A stretch of 64,000 nt of DNA, taken from Pseudonocardiaceae bacterium. Lineage in GTDB: Bacteria > Actinomycetota > Actinomycetes > Mycobacteriales > Pseudonocardiaceae. Numbering within the stretch: the stretch's first letter is position 1; each line of letters begins with the position of its first letter. The notes under the pieces were generated by a model. That model was not told the origin of the DNA, searched no databases, and saw nothing but the letters and a program-made list of their open reading frames with translations. This document shows positions 8,960-18,286 of the stretch, in pieces. A program made the position numbers and the translations under genes. The stretch is taken from NCBI GenBank assembly GCA_036494465.1, contig DASXOJ010000147.1, forward strand, positions 22,955 through 86,954, in the 5' to 3' direction.

Positions 8960-9829
8960 ATGGGCCAGGACGCGCACCAGATCGGCCAGCACGTCGAGCA
9001 GGCGCTGACCGAGATCGGCAAGACCGGCGACGAGAACATGCGCGCGCGGGTCGAGGACCTGGTCTCGACGTTGGTCGAGTTCTACGGTTCGACGCTGGAG
9101 CGGGTGATGGAGCTGGTGCACGAGCGCGGCGACATCGCGCTCACCTCGGCTCTCGGCGATGATCCGCTGGTCGGCAGCGTCCTTGTGGTGCACGACCTGC
9201 ACCCGCTGTCCACCGAGCAACGCGTGCGGGTCGCGCTGGACAAGGTCCGTCCCTACCTCGGTTCGCACGCGGGCGACGTCGACCTGGTGGGCGTGGTCGA
9301 CGACGTGGTCCAGCTGCGCCTCGCGGGCAGTTGCAACGGATGCCCGTCGTCGACGGTGACCGTGAAGCTCGCGATCGAGAAGGCGATCCAGGATGTCGCG
9401 CCCGAGATCGTGGACATCCAGGTCGAGGGCGTCGTCGACGAATCGGAGCTCGGCCCGGGCGGACACAAGCTGCTCCCGTTGACCTCGGTCGACGCGCCAC
9501 CCCCGCCCCGGATCGAATCCGACTGGTTCGAGGTAACAGCCGCCACGTCGCGCGACACCGTCACCAGCGTGCGGCTCGGCGACGTGGCCACCTTGCTGTG
9601 CAACGTGGGCGATCACCTCTACGCCTACCGCGACCACTGCCCGACCTGCGGTTCGGTGCTCGCCGCGGGCAGCCTGGACGGCACGGTCCTGACCTGCCCG
9701 AACTGCGCCAGCCACTTCGACGTCACCCGCGCCGGTCGCGGCACCGGCAAAACCCACCTCGATCCGCTGCCGCTGCTGACGGAGGCCGGTCACATCAGGG
9801 TGGCGTTGCCGGTCGAGGTGCTCTCATGA
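8960..9829 (+). CDS. NifU-like domain + Rieske-like domain protein (HhyE-type FeS carrier)
   Basis: LAGSCNGCPSS NifU motif; HCPTC...TCPNCASHF. GGAGG RBS before ATG 8960. Confidence 0.85.
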   Translation: MGQDAHQIGQHVEQALTEIGKTGDENMRARVEDLVSTLVEFYGSTLERVMELVHERGDIALTSALGDDPLVGSVLVVHDLHPLSTEQRVRVALDKVRPYLGSHAGDVDLVGVVDDVVQLRLAGSCNGCPSSTVTVKLAIEKAIQDVAPEIVDIQVEGVVDESELGPGGHKLLPLTSVDAPPPPRIESDWFEVTAATSRDTVTSVRLGDVATLLCNVGDHLYAYRDHCPTCGSVLAAGSLDGTVLTCPNCASHFDVTRAGRGTGKTHLDPLPLLTEAGHIRVALPVEVLS

Positions 9830-10455
9830 CCTCGGGCCTGCGTCGCTTCCGCAAGCCGGACACTCCTCCTGAGCCGGAGCAGGCCCCGCCGGTCGTCACC
9901 GGCGAGCAGCGTTGCGACATGTGCGCGACGCCGGTCAGCGAGGCAGAGCACTCGCACGTGGTCAACGTCGAGACCCGCGCGATCATGTGCACCTGTCGCG
10001 GTTGCTACCTGCTGTTCACGCATCGCGGCGCGGGCAAGCACCGGGCAGTGCCGGATCGCTACGTCCACGAGCCGAAGCTGGTGCTCGGCGCGGCGATGTG
10101 GGAGTCCGCGGGCATCCCGGTCGGCATGGCGTTCTTCTTCACCAACTCGCTGCTGGACAAGACGATGGCCTTCTACCCGAGCCCGGCAGGCGCGACCGAA
10201 TCACTGTTGCCGCTGGACGCCTGGAGCACCCTGCTGGCCGACAATCCGCGCTTCGCCGACGTCCGACCGGACGTGGAAGCGTTGCTGGTCAAGCGAACCG
10301 ACGACGGGTTCGCGTGCTTCCTGGTGCCGATCGACGTCTGCTACGAGCTGGTCGGCCTGATCCGGTTGCACTGGCGCGGGTTCGACGGCGGCAGCGAGGC
10401 GCGCGAAGCCATCGACGCGTTCTTCGCGCAGTTGCGGGAGCGCAGCGATGGCTGA
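9826..10455 (+). CDS. Hydrogenase-associated conserved protein (DUF5947-like, Cys-rich)
   Basis: ATGA overlap; CDMC...HSH...CTCRGC; FYPSPAGATES motif typical of group 1h clusters. Confidence 0.75.
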   Translation: MTSGLRRFRKPDTPPEPEQAPPVVTGEQRCDMCATPVSEAEHSHVVNVETRAIMCTCRGCYLLFTHRGAGKHRAVPDRYVHEPKLVLGAAMWESAGIPVGMAFFFTNSLLDKTMAFYPSPAGATESLLPLDAWSTLLADNPRFADVRPDVEALLVKRTDDGFACFLVPIDVCYELVGLIRLHWRGFDGGSEAREAIDAFFAQLRERSDG

Positions 10456-11080
10456 GCTGAGCTTCGAATGTCTCGGTGCCCGCCCAGACCCCTACGGCAC
10501 CAGCCCCACCTTGCTGTTCAAGCTACGGATCACCGAGGCCGACGGCGCGCCGGTGCACGCGGTCGCGCTGCGCTGCCAGATGCGCATCGAACCGCAGCGC
10601 CGCCGCTACAACGACGACGAAGCCGAGCTGCTGACCCACCTGTTCGGCGAACGCGCCCGCTGGGGCGACACGTTGAAGCCGATGCAGTTCACCACCGTCT
10701 CGATCATGGTGCCGAGTTTTCGCGGCAGCACCGAGATCGACCTGCCGGTGCCGATCACCTACGACCTGGAGGTGGCAGCCGGCAAGTACTTCCACGCGCT
10801 CGCCGACGGCGTGGTCCCGATGGCGTTGATGTTCAGCGGGACCGTGTTCAGCAAGGGACAGAACGGGTTCTGGGTGGACCAGATCTCGTGGAGCTCGGAT
10901 GTGAACTACCCGATGCCGATCACGGTGTGGCAGAACCTGATGAACACCTACTTCCCCGGCGAGGCGTGGATCCGGCTGTCCAAGGCCACCGTCGACGAAC
11001 TGTTGCGCTACAAGGCCAAGCACGCCATCCCCACCTGGGACGCGGCGATGACCGCCCTCCTCAAGGAGGCGGAGCAATGA
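10448..11080 (+). CDS. Hydrogenase-associated conserved protein (DUF6084-like)
   Basis: Coupled ORF; CQMRIEPQRRRY, TYDLEVAAGKYF, FSGTVF; position in a group 1h operon. Confidence 0.75.
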   Translation: MAELSFECLGARPDPYGTSPTLLFKLRITEADGAPVHAVALRCQMRIEPQRRRYNDDEAELLTHLFGERARWGDTLKPMQFTTVSIMVPSFRGSTEIDLPVPITYDLEVAAGKYFHALADGVVPMALMFSGTVFSKGQNGFWVDQISWSSDVNYPMPITVWQNLMNTYFPGEAWIRLSKATVDELLRYKAKHAIPTWDAAMTALLKEAEQ

Positions 11081-12366
11081 CCGCCGAAGCACAGTTCGAA
11101 CTGGTCAAGCCGGTCGCCGACGCGGTCCTCTACGAGGGCTACCTGCTCTACCCGTACCGGGCGTCGTCGACCAAGAACCAGGTCCGCTGGCAGTTCGGGG
11201 TCTTGATGCCGCCCGCCTTCGTGGCCACCGGCAGCGGCGAACGCGACACCATGTTCGTCGACTTCCTCGCCGAACCGCGTCCCACCGCCGTCGCGCACGT
11301 ACGCGTGCGGTTCCTCCAGGTGCAAACCAGACTGACCGAAGGGACCAGTTGGCAGGAGGCCGTCGAGCAGGAGGCAGACGTCTCGTTCGCGATCTCGGAC
11401 CTGCTCGCCGCGGAACGCGTCACCCCGATCACCATCCCCGGCGGCACCGAAACCGACGGCGAAACCGAACGCACCCGAGCCCCGCTGACCGCCGAAGTCC
11501 GGGCCAGCGCGGCAGAACTGCCCGGCCCCTACGGCGGCGTGCGAGTCCGGCTGACCATGTCGAACACCAGCACCGCGACCGACACGGATCGCGAAGCCGC
11601 GCTGCGCACGGCGCTGATCGCCTGCCACGCGGTGCTGGTGCTGCGCGACGGCCGGCTGATCTCGTTGCTCGAACCGCCGGAATGGGCCAAGCCGGCGGTG
11701 AAGGCGTGCCAGCAGGATGGCGCCTGGCCGATCATGATTGGCTCCGAGGACGCCCGGGACATGCTGCTCGTCTCGCCGATCATCCTCGACGACTACCCGG
11801 GCATCGCGCCGGAGAGTCCGCAGAACCTGTTCGACGGCACCGAGATCGACGAAATCCTCACTCTGCGCACGTTGGCCCTGACCGACGACGAGAAGCGCGA
11901 AGCCCGCGCGACCGATCCGCGCGCCAAGGAGATCATCGACAACGTCGATGGCATGCCTGCCGAGCTCTGGGACCGCCTGCACGGCACCATCCGCTACCTG
12001 CGCGCGGTCACCGGCGAAGTCGACCAGGTGCCCGAATTCCGCGAGCCAGGCGAGTTGAAGCCACCGGACGCACCGTGGTGGAACCCGGCCGCCGACGAAT
12101 CCGTGTCCCCGGAAACCGACAGTGTCGTGGTCGCGGGAAAGGCCGTCGCCAAAGGCAGCCGAGTGATCCTGCGCCCAGGTCTCAAGCGAGCAGACGCGCA
12201 GGACATGTTCCTGACCGGCCGGATCGCCAACGTCGAGTCGGTCATCTTCGACGTGGACGGCGACATCCACCTGGCCGTCACCCTGGAAGGCGATCCCGCC
12301 GCCGAGTTGGAGCTGTTGCAGGGCCGGTTCCGCTACTTCGCGCCCGAGGAGGTCGAACCGCTATGA
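11077..12366 (+). CDS. Hydrogenase-associated conserved hypothetical protein
   Basis: ATGA overlaps at both ends; ADAVLYEGYLLYPYR, WQFGVL, SPIILDDYP, DGTEIDEILTLR, PWW, ADAQDMF. Confidence 0.8.
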   Translation: MTAEAQFELVKPVADAVLYEGYLLYPYRASSTKNQVRWQFGVLMPPAFVATGSGERDTMFVDFLAEPRPTAVAHVRVRFLQVQTRLTEGTSWQEAVEQEADVSFAISDLLAAERVTPITIPGGTETDGETERTRAPLTAEVRASAAELPGPYGGVRVRLTMSNTSTATDTDREAALRTALIACHAVLVLRDGRLISLLEPPEWAKPAVKACQQDGAWPIMIGSEDARDMLLVSPIILDDYPGIAPESPQNLFDGTEIDEILTLRTLALTDDEKREARATDPRAKEIIDNVDGMPAELWDRLHGTIRYLRAVTGEVDQVPEFREPGELKPPDAPWWNPAADESVSPETDSVVVAGKAVAKGSRVILRPGLKRADAQDMFLTGRIANVESVIFDVDGDIHLAVTLEGDPAAELELLQGRFRYFAPEEVEPL

Positions 12367-12845
12367 GGATCCTGATCGCCGGGATCGGCAACATGTTCCT
12401 CGCCGACGACGGGTTCGGCGTCGAACTCGCGCAGCGCCTCGCGACGCACGACTTCCCGGACAGTGTGACCGTCGCGGACTACGGCATCAGCGGCATGCAC
12501 CTCGCCTACGACCTGATGACCGGCTACGACACCACCATCCTGCTCGACGCGACCGCGCGCGGCGACGAACCCGGCACCGTCACCGTCGTCGAACTGGACG
12601 AGAACCACCCGTTTTCCGGTGGGCAGAGCGCGGTCGACGCGCATGGCATGCAACCCGACGCGGTGGTCGAGCTGCTCACCCTGCTCGGCGGCCAACCCGG
12701 TCGGATGATCCTGGTCGGGTGCGAACCCGCCGAGGTCACCGACCGGATCGGCCTGTCCGCGCCGGTCACCGCCGCGCTCGACGGTGCCGCGCTTGCCGTC
12801 ATCGACCTGGTCGACCACGAGCTCGCTGTCAGAGAGGGGGTGTGA
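12363..12845 (+). CDS. Hydrogenase maturation endopeptidase (HyaD/HupD family)
   Basis: ILIAGIGNMFLADDGFG, LLDA, DAHGM motifs. Confidence 0.92.
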   Translation: MRILIAGIGNMFLADDGFGVELAQRLATHDFPDSVTVADYGISGMHLAYDLMTGYDTTILLDATARGDEPGTVTVVELDENHPFSGGQSAVDAHGMQPDAVVELLTLLGGQPGRMILVGCEPAEVTDRIGLSAPVTAALDGAALAVIDLVDHELAVREGV

Positions 12846-12851
12846 TCGCAG

Positions 12852-12959
12852 TTGTTGCGAAGAATCATCGTGCTCGCCGCCGTGGCGTGGCTGGCGAGCG
12901 TTGCCTACCGGAAACTCGCGCCGGACGTAAAGAGATACGTCGAGATGAGCCGCATGTAA
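12852..12959 (+). CDS. 35-aa small membrane protein (DUF6893-like)
   Basis: TTG start; MLRRIIVLAAVAWLASVAYRKLAPDVKRYVEMSRM-stop. One hydrophobic helix plus a PDxxRY..SRM tail. Below the ORF-track cutoff; fills the gap between the protease and hypC. Confidence 0.7.
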   Translation: MLRRIIVLAAVAWLASVAYRKLAPDVKRYVEMSRM

Positions 12960-12983
12960 CCGAAACCTGAGGAGATGCATGAC

Positions 12984-13256
12984 ATGTGCCTCGGCATTCC
13001 CGGCGAGGTGATCGAAATCCTCGCGGACAAACCGGATCTGGCCAGGGTCGAGGTCAGTGGCGTACGTCGCGCCATCAACATCGGCCTGCTCGGTGACGAC
13101 AAACCCAAGCCAGGGGAATGGGTCCTGATCCACGTCGGCTTTGCACTGTCCAAAATCGACGAAGCCGAGGCGAAAGCCGCCCTGGACTTCCTGGAGAGCA
13201 TCGGTCAGGCCTACGCCGACGAGATCGACGCGCTCCGCGAATCACTAATAGAATAA
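12984..13256 (+). CDS. hypC: Hydrogenase assembly chaperone HypC
   Basis: MCLGIPG (Cys2) and WVLIHVGFAL. Start placed at ATG 12984 so that Cys is residue 2; GAGGAG RBS. Confidence 0.93.
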   Translation: MCLGIPGEVIEILADKPDLARVEVSGVRRAINIGLLGDDKPKPGEWVLIHVGFALSKIDEAEAKAALDFLESIGQAYADEIDALRESLIE

Positions 13257-13270
13257 GGAGGTCGGGTCGA

Positions 13271-14398
13271 ATGCGGTACGTCGACGAGTTCCGGGACGCG
13301 GACACCGCGCACGCGCTGGCCGCGAAGATCGCCGGTCTGTGTGAACCGGGGCGGCAGTACAAGTTCATGGAGGTGTGTGGCGGACACACGCACACCATCT
13401 ACAAACACGGCCTCGAGGACTACCTCCCCGAGAGCATCACCCTGGTACACGGCCCCGGTTGCCCGGTGTGCGTGATCCCGATGGGACGCGTCGACGACGC
13501 CATGGCGCTGGCCTCCGCGTCGGACGTGATCATGACCTCGTTCGGGGACATGATGCGTGTCCCGGGCAGTCGCGGCTCGTTCTTCGACGCCAAGGCGAAC
13601 GGCGTCGACATCAGGATGGTCTACTCGCCGCTGGACTCGTTGAAGATCGCCAGGCAGAATCCGGACAAGCGGGTGGTGTTCATGGCCATCGGCTTCGAGA
13701 CGACCGCGCCGTCGACCGCGATGACGGTGTTGCGCGCGGCGCAGGAAGGGCTCGAGAACTTCTCGATCTTCTGCAACCACGTCACCATCGTGCCTGCCAT
13801 CAAGGCCATTCTCGACTCGCCGGACCTGCGCCTGGACGGGTTCCTCGGGCCAGGCCACGTGTCGACCGTGATCGGCTGCCGGCCGTACGAGTTCATCTCC
13901 CGCGACTACGGCAAACCCGTTGTGGTCGCCGGTTTCGAACCGCTCGACATCCTTCAGTCCATCTACATGCTGATGATCCAGCTCAGCGAGGGCCGCGCCG
14001 AGATCGAGAACCAGTACTCGCGCGTGGTGCCGTGGGACGGGAACATCGTCGCGTTGAAGGCGATCAACGAGACCATGGAACTGCGGCCGTACTTCGAATG
14101 GCGCGGACTCGGTTTCATCTCGCACTCCGCGTTGCGCGTGCGGGAGAAGTACGCGCGGTTCGACGCGGAAGAACTGTTCGAGGTGCCCGGGGTGCGGGTC
14201 GCCGATCCCAAGGCGTGCCAGTGCGGTGAGGTGCTCAAGGGCGTGCTGAAACCGTGGGAGTGCAAGGTGTTCGGCACGGCCTGTACGCCGGAGACGCCGA
14301 TCGGCACGTGCATGGTCTCGCCCGAGGGCGCCTGCGCCGCCTACTACAACTTCGGCCGGTTCACCCGCCAGCGGGTCAAGGAGGCGACGGTGCGGTGA
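13271..14398 (+). CDS. hypD: Hydrogenase maturation protein HypD
   Basis: EVCGGH, GPGCPVC, GFETT and C-terminal CQC...C...CMVSPEGAC motifs. Confidence 0.95.
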   Translation: MRYVDEFRDADTAHALAAKIAGLCEPGRQYKFMEVCGGHTHTIYKHGLEDYLPESITLVHGPGCPVCVIPMGRVDDAMALASASDVIMTSFGDMMRVPGSRGSFFDAKANGVDIRMVYSPLDSLKIARQNPDKRVVFMAIGFETTAPSTAMTVLRAAQEGLENFSIFCNHVTIVPAIKAILDSPDLRLDGFLGPGHVSTVIGCRPYEFISRDYGKPVVVAGFEPLDILQSIYMLMIQLSEGRAEIENQYSRVVPWDGNIVALKAINETMELRPYFEWRGLGFISHSALRVREKYARFDAEELFEVPGVRVADPKACQCGEVLKGVLKPWECKVFGTACTPETPIGTCMVSPEGACAAYYNFGRFTRQRVKEATVR

Positions 14399-15555
14399 CC
14401 GAGCAGAAGAACTGGGTCGAAGAGGCGCTCGCCGAACACGAGAGCCAGGTCGACCAGAGGCACTTTTCCAAGGTGGCGCCAGGGGAACGCGAGGCGCTGG
14501 TCCTGGAACGCATCGACAGGGCCAGGCGGGCTCGCGCGCGGGTCAAGGAAGAACGGATCACCCTCGCGCACGGCTCCGGTGGCAAGGCGACGCACACGTT
14601 GATCGAGGCGATCTTCCTGGACGCCTTCCGCAACCCGCTGCTCGAACCCATGGAGGACGCGGCAAGACTCTCGATGGCGGGCGGCCGGATCGCGCTCACC
14701 ACCGACAGCTACGTGGTCTCGCCACTGTTCTTCCCCGGCGGCGACATCGGTGATCTCGCGATCAACGGCACCGTCAACGACCTCGCGGTGTCCGGCGCGA
14801 CGCCGATGTACCTCTCGGCCGGGTTCATCCTGGAGGAGGGCTTCCCGGTCGCCGACCTGCAACACATCGTGGCGTCCATGCGCGCCGCCGCCGAGGCCGC
14901 CGGCGTACAGGTGGTCACCGGGGACACCAAGGTCGTCCAGCGCGGCAAGGCCGACGGCTGCTACATCAACACCGCCGGTGTCGGCGTCGTGCCCGACGGG
15001 CTCGATCTTGGCGTGGTCAACGCGAAACCGGGCGATGCGGTGCTGGTGTCCGGGCCGATCGGCGATCACGGCGTCACGGTGATGCTGGCCAGGGGCGAGC
15101 TGGACATCGACACCGACCTCACCTCGGACACCGCCGCCGTCAACGGCCTGGTCGCCGACCTGCTTGCCGCCGTGCCCGGCGGTGTTCGTGCCATGCGGGA
15201 CGCGACGCGCGGCGGAGTGGCGACCATCCTGAACGAGGTCGCCAAGGCAGCCGATGTGAGCGTGATCGTCGCCGAGGACGACATCCCGGTGCGCGCGGAG
15301 GTGCGCGGCGCGTCCGAACTGCTCGGCATCGACCCGCTCTACGTGGCCTGTGAAGGCCGGATCGTCGCGATCGTGGACGGCGCCGTAGCAGACGCGGCGC
15401 TGGACGCCATGCACAACAACCCGCTCGGCCGCGAGGCCGCGATCATCGGGCGGATCGCCGCCGACCCGCCCGGCATCGTGCTGCTGCGCACCGCGTTCGG
15501 CGGCACCCGGATCGTGGACATGCTGGTCGGTGACCCGCTGCCCAGGATCTGTTAG
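14395..15555 (+). CDS. hypE: Carbamoyl dehydratase HypE
   Basis: AHGSGG, TTDSYVV, NDLAVSG, RDATRGG, C-terminal PRIC. Confidence 0.95.
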   Translation: MTEQKNWVEEALAEHESQVDQRHFSKVAPGEREALVLERIDRARRARARVKEERITLAHGSGGKATHTLIEAIFLDAFRNPLLEPMEDAARLSMAGGRIALTTDSYVVSPLFFPGGDIGDLAINGTVNDLAVSGATPMYLSAGFILEEGFPVADLQHIVASMRAAAEAAGVQVVTGDTKVVQRGKADGCYINTAGVGVVPDGLDLGVVNAKPGDAVLVSGPIGDHGVTVMLARGELDIDTDLTSDTAAVNGLVADLLAAVPGGVRAMRDATRGGVATILNEVAKAADVSVIVAEDDIPVRAEVRGASELLGIDPLYVACEGRIVAIVDGAVADAALDAMHNNPLGREAAIIGRIAADPPGIVLLRTAFGGTRIVDMLVGDPLPRIC

Positions 15556-15884
15556 TGCACGAGCTCTCCATTACCCAGAGCGTGGTGGACGCGGTCCTGG
15601 ACCGGTTGCCGGACACCCGGATCGCCGGTGTGCAGCTGGAGATCGGCAAGCTGTCCGGGATCGTGGCGGATTCGGTGCGGTTCTGCTTCGACCTGGTGGT
15701 GGCCGGCACGTTGCTGGAAGGCGCCCGGCTCGACATCGACGAGCCGGGCGGCCGGGCGCGCTGCGCCGAATGCGACACCGAGTTCGATGTGGACGACCTG
15801 ATTCTGCTGTGCCCGTGCGGCAGCGCGAACGTTGCCGTGCTGACCGGGCAACAGCTGCGGATTCGATCGGTTGAGGTGGTCTGA
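15555..15884 (+). CDS. hypA: Nickel metallochaperone HypA
   Basis: MHELS; CAEC and CPCG zinc-site motifs. Confidence 0.92.
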   Translation: MHELSITQSVVDAVLDRLPDTRIAGVQLEIGKLSGIVADSVRFCFDLVVAGTLLEGARLDIDEPGGRARCAECDTEFDVDDLILLCPCGSANVAVLTGQQLRIRSVEVV

Positions 15885-16583
15885 ATGTGCGCGACCTGCG
15901 GCTGCGGCGACACCCACACCCACTCCGACGAGCACCAGCACCGGACCGTGCTGCTCGAACAGGACGTGCTCGCCAAGAACGACCACCTCGCGCACGCCAA
16001 CCGGCACTGGCTCGCCGACCGGCGGGTACTCGCCGTCAACCTGATGAGCTCGCCGGGCGCAGGCAAGACCACCCTGCTGGAACGCACCATCCCCGAACTC
16101 CCGATTTCGGTCATCGAAGGAGATCAGGAAACCCAGTTCGACGCCGACCGGATCCGCGCGACCGGCTGCGCCGCCATCCAGATCAACACCGGCGCCGGCT
16201 GCCACCTGGACGCCGAGATGGTCGCGCGCGCCCTGCGGGAACTCGACCCGCCCACCGACTCGATCGTGATGATCGAGAACGTCGGGAACCTGGTCTGCCC
16301 GGCGCTGTTCGATCTCGGCGAGGCCGCGAAGATCGTGATCACCTCGGTCACCGAGGGCGCGGACAAGCCGCTGAAGTACCCGCACATGTTCCGCGCCGCC
16401 AACCTGGTGCTGCTCAACAAGACCGACCTGCTGCCCTACGTCGAGTTCGACGTTGACCGGTTCATCGCCGACGCGCGCAAGCTCAACCCGGACATCGTCG
16501 TGCTGCGCCTGTCCGCCACCCGGGGCGAGGGCATCGCCGACTGGCTGGACTGGCTGCGCAAACGCCTCGCCGCGCACACCTGA
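15885..16583 (+). CDS. hypB: Nickel incorporation GTPase HypB
   Basis: MCATCGC, His stretch, SSPGAGKTT, GCHLDA, ENVGNLVCP, NKTD. Confidence 0.95.
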   Translation: MCATCGCGDTHTHSDEHQHRTVLLEQDVLAKNDHLAHANRHWLADRRVLAVNLMSSPGAGKTTLLERTIPELPISVIEGDQETQFDADRIRATGCAAIQINTGAGCHLDAEMVARALRELDPPTDSIVMIENVGNLVCPALFDLGEAAKIVITSVTEGADKPLKYPHMFRAANLVLLNKTDLLPYVEFDVDRFIADARKLNPDIVVLRLSATRGEGIADWLDWLRKRLAAHT

Positions 16584-16907
16584 GCTACTAGCCAGCGAGC
16601 GCGCGCCAGCTCAACGCGCACGAGGCGTTCGGGTTGTCGGCCGGACTTTGCACGGCGACCTGGTTGCCCGTCACCTTGACAGCCATCCCCCACGGATCAT
16701 CTGCCGGACTGTACTCGGCTCGAAGTGCGGTCGGTCCGCTGTTTCGTCCATCGACGGCTCATAAATCCTGAGTGATCCGGATCATGGGTGCATTTGTTCC
16801 GGCCGGGTGTTCAATTCAGTTCAGCCGAGACGCTCGGACGCAGTGCAGGACAAGGGACTTCCGGGTTCTGCGACTCGCGCGGCGCAGGCACTGGGTGGAG
16901 GCGCGAC

Positions 16908-17153
16908 GTGACAGGCGAGACGTTGGTCGGCAGGACCGGCCGGATCGTCACGGCTGTGCGCGGCGGTTCGCGTCCGGGGGAGGTGCGGGTCGTCGTCGAC
17001 GGCATCCCGCACTACTACCTCGCCTTTTGTGCCGAGCCGTTGTCCAGTGGCGCGGCGGTGTTGATCATCAACAGCCGCGGCTCCCGCCAAGTCGACGTGG
17101 AACCGTGGATCCATCCTGGCGCGGACTCGGACGTCCGCGGTGAAAGGTCGTAG
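16908..17153 (+). CDS. Short NfeD-like (OB-fold only) flotillin partner
   Basis: GGAGG + GTG 16908; LVGRTGRIVTAVRGG..PGEVRV...VLII...V.VEPW; 2 nt upstream of the flotillin. Confidence 0.7.
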   Translation: MTGETLVGRTGRIVTAVRGGSRPGEVRVVVDGIPHYYLAFCAEPLSSGAAVLIINSRGSRQVDVEPWIHPGADSDVRGERS

Positions 17154-17155
17154 CG

Positions 17156-18286
17156 GTGTTTGGATATCGCGTGCCCGCGCCCAATGAGGCGTTGCTCATC
17201 AGCGGGCGAAAACAGCGTGGTGTGGACCGGTTACAGTTCAAGATCGTCACCGGGCACGGCGCGTTCGTGATGCCGATCTTCGCGCGCTCCAGCAGGCTCT
17301 CGCTGGCCATGCAGGAAGCCGAAGTCTATGAAGACTGCTTCACTCAGCAAGGACTGACGCTCGCCGTGCAGGCGGTCATCGCGTTCAAGGTCGGCGACGA
17401 CCACGAGTCGATAGCCGCGGCAGCGCGCCGTTTCCAGGGCGACCAGCGACAGATGGCGACGCTGGTCGGCCGGATCTTCTCCGGCCACCTGCGCAGCATC
17501 ATCGGCAGCATGACCGTCGAGTCGATCATCCGCGAGCAGCAGACGCTCGCCATCGCGATTCTGGACGCGAGCACCGGCGAGATGGCGCGCATCGGCCTGG
17601 CCGTCGACTCGTTGCAGATCAGCAGCATCGACGACAAGGGCTCCGGCTACATCCGCGCGCTCGCCGCGCCGCACCAGGCCAGGGTCAACCAGGACGCGAA
17701 GGTCGCCCAGGCAGCGGCCGACCAGATGAGTGTCCAGGCGCAGCAGGAAAGCGTGCGCGCGCAGAACGCCTACGCCCGCGAAACGGCTGTGATGCAGGCG
17801 CGCTATCAGGCCGAGATCGACGAGGCCCAGCAGACCGCCGCGCAGGCCGGTCCGCTGGCGGAGGCCAAGGCGCAGCAGGCGGTGCTCGCGGAAAAGGCAC
17901 AGGTCGCCATGCGCAACGCGGAACTGCGCGAAGCCGAACTGATCGCCGAGGTCGTCAAGCCCGCCGAGGCCGAAGCCGACCGGATCGTGCGGCTGGCCAA
18001 GGCGCAGGCCGACGCCACCAAACTGTCCGCGCAGGCAGCGGCAGCGGAGGGCCGGATCGCGCTCGACCAAGCCGTGATCGCGCAACTGCCGGAGATGCTG
18101 CGCGCGGCGGCCGAAGGGTTGCAGGGCTCGAACCTGACGGTGCTGGACGGTGCCGACGGCCTGACCGGCGTGGTCGCTTCCCTTGCCGGGCAAGGCATGG
18201 CGCTGCTCGACTCGGTGCGCAACGGCCTCGCGGGCAGCGTCCCGGCGAACCTGGCCGGGGTCGCCAAGTTGGATCAGGCGGACTGA
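17156..18286 (+). CDS. Flotillin / SPFH domain protein
   Basis: YRVPAPNEALLISG, SPFH core (GHLRSIIGSMTVE, DSLQI), Ala/Glu-rich coiled-coil tail (AEAEA). Confidence 0.9.
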   Translation: MFGYRVPAPNEALLISGRKQRGVDRLQFKIVTGHGAFVMPIFARSSRLSLAMQEAEVYEDCFTQQGLTLAVQAVIAFKVGDDHESIAAAARRFQGDQRQMATLVGRIFSGHLRSIIGSMTVESIIREQQTLAIAILDASTGEMARIGLAVDSLQISSIDDKGSGYIRALAAPHQARVNQDAKVAQAAADQMSVQAQQESVRAQNAYARETAVMQARYQAEIDEAQQTAAQAGPLAEAKAQQAVLAEKAQVAMRNAELREAELIAEVVKPAEAEADRIVRLAKAQADATKLSAQAAAAEGRIALDQAVIAQLPEMLRAAAEGLQGSNLTVLDGADGLTGVVASLAGQGMALLDSVRNGLAGSVPANLAGVAKLDQAD

